Shown here: in pieces, positions 49,244-64,000 of the stretch
How the letters are laid out: each line of letters opens with the position of its first letter
Position numbering within the stretch: the stretch's first letter is position 1
Origin: the human T2T-CHM13v2.0 reference genome, Homo sapiens
Strand: one strand, 5' to 3'
DNA length: 64,000 nucleotides
Assembly: GCF_009914755.1 (NCBI RefSeq)
Contig: NC_060940.1
The notes under the pieces: model-generated
What the model was told of the DNA's origin: nothing
The model's database searches: none
The model's input: the letters and a program-made list of their open reading frames with translations, nothing else
Program-made: the position numbers and the translations under genes

Positions 49244-49757
49244 AATATATATATATAATTTTATATTATATATATACATAATTTTATATTATATATATTA
49301 ATATATAATATATATAATTATATATGTTAATATATTTAATATATAATTATATAAAATATATAATATATAATTATATATGTTAATATATTTAATATATAAT
49401 TATATAAAATATATTAATATATATAATTATATAGTTAATATATTTAATATATAATTATATAAAATATATAATTATATATATTTATATAAAATATATAATT
49501 ATATATAATTATATAAAATATATAAATATATATAATTATATAAAATATATAAATATATAATTATATAAAATATATAAATATATAATTATATAAAATATAT
49601 AAATATATAATTATATAAAATATATAAATATATAATTATATAAAATATATAAATATATATAATTATATAAAATATATAAATATATATAATTATATAAAAT
49701 ATATAAATATATAATTATATAAAATATATAAATATATATATATATTTTTTTTTTTTT
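49244..49757. repeat. AT-rich minisatellite (~25-27 bp unit tataaaatatataaatatataatta) abutting an Alu poly-T tail
   Basis: No G or C from ~49435 to 49757. Confidence 0.95.
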
Positions 49758-50128
49758 GAGATGGAGTCTTGCACTGTTGCCCAGGCTGGAGTGCAGTGGC
49801 GCAATCTCAGCTTGCTGCAACCTCCACCTCCCAGGTTCAAGTGATTCTCTTTGCCTCAGCCTCACAAGTAGCTGGGATTACAGGCGTGTACCACTACACC
49901 TGGCTAACTTTTGTATTTTCAGTAAAGACAGGGTTTCACTATGTTGACCAGGCTGGTTTCGAACTCCTGACCTCGTGATTCGCCCACCTTGGCCTCCCAA
50001 AGTGCTGGGATTACAGGCGTAAGCCACCGCGCCCAGCCTGGTTTTTAATCTTATGGCTAGTTTCTTGGTCTGGTCCCCAGACAAGAGGGAAGTATATCTT
50101 AAGAAGGGGCTGATATCATCTTTGTTTT

Positions 50129-50592
50129 AAACTATCTATAGTTTAATAACTATAAACTATCTATAGTTTAATAACTATAAACTATAGCTTAATAACTATA
50201 AACTATAGTTTAATAACTATAAACTATAGTTTAATAACTATAAACTAGTTTAATAACTATAAACTATCTATAGTTTATTAACTATAAACTATCTATAGTT
50301 TAATAACTATAAACTATCTATAGTTTAATAACTATAAACTATCTATAGTTTAATAACTATAAACTATCTATAGTTTAATAACTATAAACTATCTATAGTT
50401 TAATAACTATAAACTATCTATAGTTTAATAACTATAAACTATCTATAGTTTAATAACTATAAACTATCTATAGTTTAATAACTATAAACTATCTATAGTT
50501 TAATAACTATAAACTATAGTTTAATAACTGTAGTTTTAAACTATCTATAGTTTAATAACTATAAACTGTCTATAGTTTAATAACTGTAAACT
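50129..50592. repeat. Palindromic 25/21-bp minisatellite (aaactatctatagtttaataactat)n
   Basis: About 19-20 copies, directly visible. Confidence 0.95.
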
Positions 50593-51897
50593 CGCCCCTC
50601 CCAAAGTTGGTCCAGCCTACACCCAGGGATGGGCAAGGACAGCTTGGGGGCTGGAAACAAAATGGAGTTGTTTGGGTCGGATCTCTTCTCTTTCACTGTC
50701 TCAGTCTCAGTTTTGCAATGACAGTTTCAAAAGCTGCCTATTACTCCTTTGAAAATACCTTGTACACTTGTGGATAAGTCATAACCTAATTAAGGCTCAT
50801 TGGGTTCACCTGTGAGGTTACTTTTTGTAAAACTCAAAAGCCAAAAATCTTAACTGCTTGGCATGGCTAAAGTCAAGTAACAAGAGATTTTGAAGGCTTT
50901 TCTTAGAGCACTCAGCTTAATTAAAAGTGGATATTCAAGTTATAGGTATACTTAAAAGGCCTTTATGTTTTTCTCTTCTTGAATCTTGTTTTCTGGAAAA
51001 AGGCTCTTCTCAGTCAACTGAATTATTTTTCTCCATTTTTGTCTTAACCACTCTTAATGCATGCATGAGAGTCCCTAAGACAACTTCTGACAGCATGGAA
51101 CTCCTTGGGAAAAACAGAGGAGGTGCCACAAACCCTGTTTTGGAAAAAAAACCTGTTTTCCTCATGAAACCCCCAAAATTAAAAGCTGATAGTTCCCTCT
51201 CAAAACCAAAGGCTCTGTTCTGTTATGTATTGTGTTATCTACCGTTTTGAGTTTTGGGGGTATCAAATTACTTCACATTATAAAAGAGCTTTGATGTGTA
51301 ATAACTAGGTAGAAAATACACTGTAAAGGATGCCTAATAGTAGTTATAAATCAAAAAAGCATGCTCTTGGGCACCTAAAAAACATCCCCACCCCCCACAA
51401 AGAGATGAGACTACCATGCAGAATGGGCTAATTGCCAAAATAAGCCAATTGGCTTTGGGTTGCCTTGCAATGAAATGCATGGTAGAAACACTACACTGTC
51501 TTCTCTCATAGTATCTATATGGTCTTCATAAATTGAGCATTGAAATAAAAGCATAGCAAGGAGTTCCTAAAACACTAATCTGTCCTTTGGTAAAAAGGTT
51601 ATAAAAGATTTGTAAAGATTTAACTGTAACTGTCCTGGAAATTTTGTCATTCGCAAACAATTGTTGTCTTGCTTCGTTCCTTCTCAGAAAATGGTTTATA
51701 ATCAAGCTATATTAAGGACTTTAACAGGTGTTCTCAAATGCAGGTTTTTAATAGCTTTGAAGATTGTAACATTGGAATAAAAAAGTACAGGACTCATAAA
51801 GAATGGACATATTCACAAATATCAAGCAAAACAAAAGTTAACTAAATGGACTGCACTCAAAAAGTTAAAGCAGCTTTTTTTTTTTTTTTTGTGATAG

Positions 51898-52065
<168 letters not shown>

Positions 52066-52858
52066 TGACCTCATGATCCACACGCCTCAGCCTCCCAAAG
52101 TGCTGGGATTACAGGTGTGAGCTGCCGCACCTGGCCAAAGCAACCTTTTTAACTTTTGCTTGGAATATTGCAAATACGCATGAGAGTCCCTAAGATAACT
52201 TAAGGATCCTTGTTTTGTCTTTCAGAGTCAAGAAAACTTATTTTGAACTATTTACAGCCTTTAATAATTAAGTAAGGTGCCGGGCACCGTGGCTCATGCC
52301 TGCAAACCCAGTACTTTAGGAGGCCAAGGAGGGTGGATCACCTGAGGTTGGATCACCTGAGGTTGGGAGTTTAAGACCAGCCTGACCAACTTGGAGAAAC
52401 CCCATCTCTACTAAAAATACAAAATTAGCTGGGTGTGGTGGTGCATGCCTGTAATCCCAGATACTCGGGAAGCTAAGGCAGGAGAATTGCTTGAACCCAG
52501 GAGGTGGAGGTTGCAGAGCCAAGATCACACCATTGCACTCCAGCCTGGCAACAAGAGCGAAACTCTGTCTCAAAATAAAATAAAATAAATAATTGCGTAA
52601 GGTATATGCCTGTGAACAAAATTTGGAGCATGTTTGTTTTTCTCTGCCTGGTTCCTCTAGAACGTGGAGACTATCTGTGAGTACTCTTAACTTATGGCAG
52701 TAAGGTTGTTTGCATCAGTGCAATAAGAGTCAATTTTCTGGCCGGGTGCCGTGGCTCACGCCTGTAATCCTAGCACTTTGGGAGGCCGAGGTGGGCAGAT
52801 CACAAGGTCAGGAGATCGAGACCATCCTGGTTAACACGGTGAAACCCCGTCTCTACTA

Positions 52859-53052
<194 letters not shown>

Positions 53053-53552
53053 TCAACAGGACACAGTTGGAAAAACTGGTTATTTTACCAAGGTTTCACT
53101 GAAAGGGTGTGTTTCCCTTTAAGGAATCAAGCTTGACATGCAGACCCAATAAAAACCCCTTGGAGAGAACTGGCCTCATAGTTAGTCTACACAGTCCCCA
53201 CACAGGGTTCCTAACCTATGGTCAGTAAAGAGTGTCACTTTCTAACAGGCCTGGGAGCTCCAAGTTTATCTTGGAACCTTAAGAGGAGAGGATCACCCAA
53301 CTCACAGGTATTTGAGGATACAAACCCATAGTTGGGCTCGGCTTTAAAGGTCTTATCTGAAATTCCTTGTGCAACAAAGTTTCATCAAAGCCAATTCAAA
53401 AGGCCTGTGTAGAAATAACCATTCCTGGCCGGGCACGGTGGCTCATGCCTGTAATCGCAGCACTTTGGGAAGCCAAGCTGGGCAGGTGGATCACCTGAGG
53501 TTGGGAGTTCGAGACCAGCCTGACCAATATGGAGAAATCCTGGACTCTTCTA

Positions 53553-53714
<162 letters not shown>

Positions 53715-54381
53715 CTAAAGTTTATTCTACAAACAACACACATGGTCCTATCATAATTTGTTTTTACCAAAAATGAGACCTGGAGAAATTGTGTCCCAAA
53801 GCTTATCATACATTTGTCATTAAATCCTAGTCTCATTAATTGTTTTTAAGCTTTTTGCCTACATTTTAGACTAACCCTGTTTATTCCTGTAAATCAAGTG
53901 GTGATCTGCAGCTTGGAAGAAAAAAAAAGGAATGGAGAATGTAAAAATCTGAATCAATATACTGGTTCTGGGCAATTATCCTATAAATTCTGCCAGGTAA
54001 TAAAAGTGAGTAGGGGCCAGGCGCGGTGGCTCACCCCTGTAATCCCAGCACTTTGGGAGGCCGAGGTGGGTGGATGACCTGAGGTAGGAGTTTCAGACCA
54101 GCCTGGGCAACATGGTGAAACCCCATCTCTACTAAACATACAAAAAAATTATCTGGGCATGGTGGTGTGTGCCTATAATCCCAGCTACTAGGAAGGCTGA
54201 GGCAGGAGGATAGCTTAAACACAGGAGGTGGAGGTTGCAGTGAGCCGAGATCGCGCTATTGCCCTCCAGCCTGGGTGAGAAGGCGAGACTCCGTCTTTAA
54301 AAAAAAAAAAAAAAGAAAAGCAGGGCGCGGTGGCTCACGCCTGTAATCCCAGCACTTTGGGAGGCCAAGGCGGGTGGATCA

Positions 54382-54774
<393 letters not shown>

Positions 54775-54903
54775 CTATTTTCAATAGGGTTATACACGGT
54801 AGCACCTTAAAGCTGAAATATTGGACAGAGTTTCCATTGCCGTAGTATTCTGCTTATTATCCTTATAGCAGGGATAGTAGTTACTAACGAAAAGGAAGCA
54901 TAA

Positions 54904-55239
54904 AAGTTACTATCACCGAATCTGCCAGGACTTTTTACTGGGTTTAGTGATGCACTTTTAAATGAAACATGCTGCTTCTGGATTAAAACCTCTACTAAAG
55001 TAGAGGAAAATCTACAGGTACTTAAAGATGAAATCAAAATCATTGACAGGCTCAGAGAAAATGCCGGCTTCAGCCCCGGGTGGCTACAATCCCTCTTTAA
55101 TGAATTCCTGTCTTCTTTATGGAATTGGTTAACCCCTTTATTAAGCCCTGTCTTGTTTATATGTCTTGTATTAATATTTGGACCCTGTATACTCAATACT
55201 GTAACTCAAATTGTTTCCTCTTGCTTAGAAGCCATCTAA
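54904..55239 (+). pseudogene. Retroviral env transmembrane-subunit remnant (111 open codons, no ATG)
   Basis: ...FSDALLNETCCFWIKTSTKVEENLQVLKDEIKIIDRLRENAGFSPGWLQSLFNEFLSSLWNWLTPLLSPVLFICLVLIFGPCILNTVTQIVSSCLEAI*. Confidence 0.85.
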
Positions 55240-55274
55240 CTCCAAATGGTGCAAACTGAACAACCCAAGGACAT

Positions 55275-55693
55275 GCCCCCACATGTGCCTGGCAACGTGG
55301 CTGCCCCCACATATCCCCACCTGTGTAAAACATCATTGCACCCTGCATTTGCATATTAAAAGGCTAGGGTGGGAGGGCCAGTTTTTTCAAGGGCTACATG
55401 AATAAAATGCCTGGTCAAACCAGTTCCCTGAGCCCTATGCAAATCAGACACCGCCTCCTCCAGCCTACTCATAACTGGCTGGTATCCCCCGCACTTGTGG
55501 TCTCCTCTGTTGGCTTTGGAGCCCCTCTCCCTCTGTCTCTGTACAGGGGAGCTTCTTCCTTCTTTCTGCTCCCTTTTTTCTTGCCTATTAAACTCTCCAC
55601 TCCTTAAAACCACTCCATGTGTGTCCATGTGGCTTTATCCAATTCCCACGGAACAGGAGCCCTGGTGTTCCTCCACTCATAGAAGCTTTATTA
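55275..55693 (+). mobile_element. 3' LTR of the provirus, lacking the first ~210 bp of U3
   Basis: Aligns to 45016-45437. Confidence 0.85.
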
Positions 55694-55778
55694 CTTATAT
55701 ATATATTCTATATATCCATCATGCATCCTACAAAGTGAAAGCAACTTTTTTTTTTTGAGATGGAGTCTCACTATGTAA

Positions 55779-55973
<195 letters not shown>

Positions 55974-56232
55974 TGATCCACCCACCTCGGCCTCCCAAAG
56001 TGCTGGGATTACAGGTGTGAGCCACAAAGCCCGGCCAAAGTAACTTATTAATTCTGATAATTTTTCCCTCCCTCCCTCCCTCCCTCACTTTCTTCCTTCC
56101 TTCCTTCGTTTTGTTTTGGTTTTTGAGATGGAGTCTTGCTCTATCGCCCAGGCTGGAGTGCAGTGGCATGATCTCGGCTCACTCAACCTCTTCCTCCCAG
56201 GTGCAAGCGATTCTCCTGCCTCAGCCACCTGA

Positions 56233-56457
<225 letters not shown>

Positions 56458-56601
56458 TAGTAGAGACAGGATTTCACTGTGTTAGCTAGGATGGTCTCGA
56501 TCTCCTGACCTCGTGATCCACCCGCCTCGGCCTCCCAAAGTGTTGGAATTACAGGCGTGAGTCACTGCGCCCAGCCTACACACACTTTTTTTTTTTTTTT
56601 A

Positions 56602-56934
<333 letters not shown>

Positions 56935-57199
56935 CTACTGTGGAGGCTGAAGCAGGAGGACTGGTTGAGCCCAGTTCAAGGACGCAGTGAGCTATGATTG
57001 CACCACTGTACTCCAGTCTGGGCAACAGAGTGAGATGTTATCTAAAAAAACAGAGTACAATTCAGTGGTTTTTAGTATATTCACAAAGTTGTGCAATCTA
57101 TGCCACTATCCAGACATTTTAATCAACCCAAAACGAAACTCTATGCCGAATAGTCACTGCCCATTCCCCTCTCTTCCCTAGCCCTGCCAACCACTAATC

Positions 57200-58218
57200 T
57201 GTAGGGACCAGCCCCACAGGGTCGGTGGGTCTCTCCCTGTGTGCGGCGATGAGAGAGTGTAGAAATAAAGACACAAGACAAAGAGATAAGAGAAAAGGCA
57301 GCTGGGCCCGGGGGGACCACTACCACCAATGCCCGGAGACCGGTAGTGGCCCCGAATGTCTGGCTGCGCTGTTATTTATTGGATACAAGGCAGAAGGGGC
57401 AGGGTAAAGAATGTGAGTCACCTCCAATGATAGGTAAGGTCACGTGGGTCATGTGTCCACCGGACAGGGGGCCCTTCCCTGCCTGGCAGCCGAGGCAGAG
57501 AAGGAGAGGAGACAGAGAGAAAGAGAGCTTATGCCATTATTTCTGCATATCAGGGACTATTTGTATTTTCACTAATTTACTACTGCTATCTAGAAGGCAG
57601 AGCCAGGTGTACAGGATGGAACATGAAGGCGGACTAGGAGTGTGACCACTGAAGCACAGCATCACAGGGAGACGGTTAGGCCTCTGGATAACTGCGGGCG
57701 AGCCTGACTAATGTCAGGCCCTCCACAAGAGGTGGAGGAGCAGAGTCTTTTCTAAACTCCCCCAGGGAAAGGGAGACCCCTCCCCCCACTTTCCCGGTCT
57801 GCTAAGTAGTGGGTGTTTTCCCTTGACACTTACGCTACCGTTGGACCACAGTCCGCCTGGCAACGGGCGTCTGTCTTCCCAGACGCTGTCGTCACCACTA
57901 GACCAAGGAGACCTCTGGTGGCTCTGTCCGGGCATAACAGAAGGCTCGCACTCTTGTCTTCTGGTCACACTTCGCTATGTCCCCTCAGCTCCTATCTCTG
58001 TATGGCCTGGTTTTTCCTAGGCTATGATTATAGAGCGAAGATTATTATAATATTGGAATAAAAAGTAATTGCTACAAACTAATGATTAATGATATTCATA
58101 TATAATCATATCTAAGATCTATATCTGGTATAACTATTCTTGTTTTATATTTTATTATACCGGAACAGCTCGTGTCCTCTGTCTCTTGCCTCGGCGCCTG
58201 GGTGGCTTGTCGCCCACA
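57200..58218 (-). mobile_element. Full-length solo LTR13 (HERV-K HML-4)
   Basis: Minus strand TGTGGGCGACAAGCCACCCAGG...GGTCCCTACA; perfect 6-bp TSD CTAATC at 57194-57199 and 58219-58224. Confidence 0.9.
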
Positions 58219-58506
58219 CTAATCCACTCTCTTAACCCCCCTCCCTTTTTTTTTTTTTTTTAAGAGATAGGGGTCTCATTATAATGTTGCCTAGGCTGGC
58301 TTCAAACTCCTGGGCTCAAGTGATCCTCTTGCCTCAACCTCCCAACTAGCTGGCACACGCCACCACATCAGGCTTTTTCTTTTTTTTTTTTTTGGGACAG
58401 AATCTCATTCTGTTCACCCAGGCTGGAGTGCAGTGATGGTGTGATCTCGGCTGCAACCTCCACCTCCCCGGTTCAAGCGATTCTCGTGCTTCAGCCTCCC
58501 AAGTAG

Positions 58507-58749
<243 letters not shown>

Positions 58750-58977
58750 TGATCAGTCCACCTTGGCCTTGCAAAGTGCAGGGGTTACAGGCATGAGCCA
58801 CTGCACTCGGTCTATTTTTTTTTTTTTTTTTTTTTTTTTGTAGAGACAAGGGTCTTGCTGCCAGGCGCGGTGGCTCACACCTGTAATCCCAGCACTTTGG
58901 GAGGCCGAGGTGGGTGGATCACGAGGTCAGGAGATCGAGACCATCCTGGCTAACACAGTGAAACCCCGTCTCTACTA

Positions 58978-59214
<237 letters not shown>

Positions 59215-59269
59215 TTATCTTGGCCTCCCAGAACGCTGGGATTACAAGGATGAGCCACCGCACCTAGAT

Positions 59270-62720
<3,451 letters not shown>

Positions 62721-64000
62721 GTTAGACAGGTCCAGATTAATGCTCAGTGTAGGCTTAATTTTTTTTTTTTTTTTTTTTTTTAGATAGAGTCTCACCGTTG
62801 CCCAGGCTGGAGGGCAGTTGTGCCATTTTGGTGCACTGCAGCCTCTGCCTCTGGAGTTCAACTGATTCTCCTGCCTCAGCCTCCTGAGTAGCTGGGACTA
62901 GAGGCACACGCCACCATGCCTGGCTAATTTTTGTATTTTTAGTAGAGAGTGGGTTACACCCTGTTGGCCAGGCTGCTCTTGAACTCCTGGCCTCAAGTGA
63001 TCTGCCCACCTTGGCCTCCCACAGTGCGATTACAGGTGTGAGCCACCGTGCCTGCCCGGCCTTTTTAAGAGATGTGGTCTTGCTGTGTTGCCTGGGCTGG
63101 TCTCAAAGTCCTGACCTCAAGTGATCCACCCATCTCAGCCTCCCACAGTGCTGGGATTACAGGCATGAGCCACTGCACCGGAAGTCTAGGTTTAATTATT
63201 CCCCATTACTGAGACAAGACCTTCCTGAGCGCTCTACCCCATGCCTAGCGAATGATCAGTTTTTCCAGCTGGCCAGTGGGAAGAGGTCCTGGCCCTACCT
63301 CGTGTGAATCTTGGGCGTTGTTTCCTCGAATCCTTTCAGCTGGTTCTTTCCCTGGCCTTGGAGAGTTTCTTCACACACATGTGCTGATTAGTTCTTTGCT
63401 GAATCCTCTGAAGTCCTCTGGGGTACTCTCTCTGTGCACCTCTGTCTTGTAGGTGTTCCATTATCTAAGCTCTAGCTGCTGTGGTCTCCTCGGACTCAGC
63501 CACTCCATTTCCTCAACTCTGCGAATCCTCTGGGCTGCAACAACCCACATCCCCCTTGCCCTGCCCCACACTTTGGAAACGCTCTCGAAGCAGTAAACTG
63601 CACAGTCCTAAAAGGACTGTTGATGTCCTTTCTCTCTGGGATTTCATTGCTTTTGTTACTTTCTCTCATTGCTTGATGTTCAGCGTTTTGAACACTGTTG
63701 TTCCATGTATTGGGTCTGTTTTTGTCACTGTGGTGGTGGTGATTGTTTCAGACAGGAGGGCGGACCCAGCCCACGTGACTCCATCTTGGCTGGAAGCAGG
63801 AATCTCGGGATCAGTGGTTTCAAAGCTCCTCAGGTGATTCCAGGGGACGCTGAGGTGAGGACCACTTGCAGAGACTCCTCTGCTTGAAATATCTCTCAAT
63901 CAAATGGAATCTTCTTTTGTTGTTCCCACCCCTTCATTTTCTCTGTTCTCTCTTTCTGAGTTTTTTCTTTGTTTTTGTTTTTTGAGACAAGGTCATGCTG

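Larger units (their letters stand above)
49060..50728 (-). mobile_element. LTR8-like segment inside the provirus, interrupted by an Alu and two tandem arrays
   Basis: ctcccaaagttggtccagcctacacccagg...tttcactgtctcag...ttttgcaatgacagtttca resembles the reverse complement of an LTR8 5' end. Confidence 0.55.

Noticed and set aside
50129-50592. CRISPR-like array
   Set aside because: Head-to-tail repeats without unique spacers, in human DNA with no cas genes.
57908-57926. LTR13-borne CTCF motif
   Set aside because: The core reads CCACCAGAGGTCTC with a substitution in the conserved GGC; weak without binding data.

Overview
Human genomic DNA from the SPN-QPRT locus (16p11.2 by recall). The window opens inside the single coding exon of SPN (sialophorin/CD43; stop at 974), followed by its long Alu-rich 3' UTR with three candidate poly(A) sites. 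It then holds the complete four-exon QPRT gene (quinolinate phosphoribosyltransferase, 297 aa; ATG 15239, stop 33432). The rest is transposon-derived: dense Alus, old L1/L2/MIR, solo LTRs (LTR22-, LTR2-, LTR10-, LTR13-, MER31-like) and a ~10.9 kb degenerate ERV1 provirus (44803-55693) with gag and env remnants and a tRNA-Gly-type primer site. No new protein-coding system is evident; most other ORFs are Alu-derived or antisense shadows. Best leads: (i) non-Alu inverted repeats and a perfect hairpin around an Alu-donated poly(A) site in the SPN 3' UTR; (ii) all five candidate 3' ends of SPN/QPRT sit in five different TE classes; (iii) a fossil Alu-mediated template-switch inversion in QPRT intron 1; (iv) in-frame cryptic acceptors before QPRT exon 3; (v) a palindromic minisatellite. 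Repeat family names come from recalled consensus sequences and need RepeatMasker confirmation.
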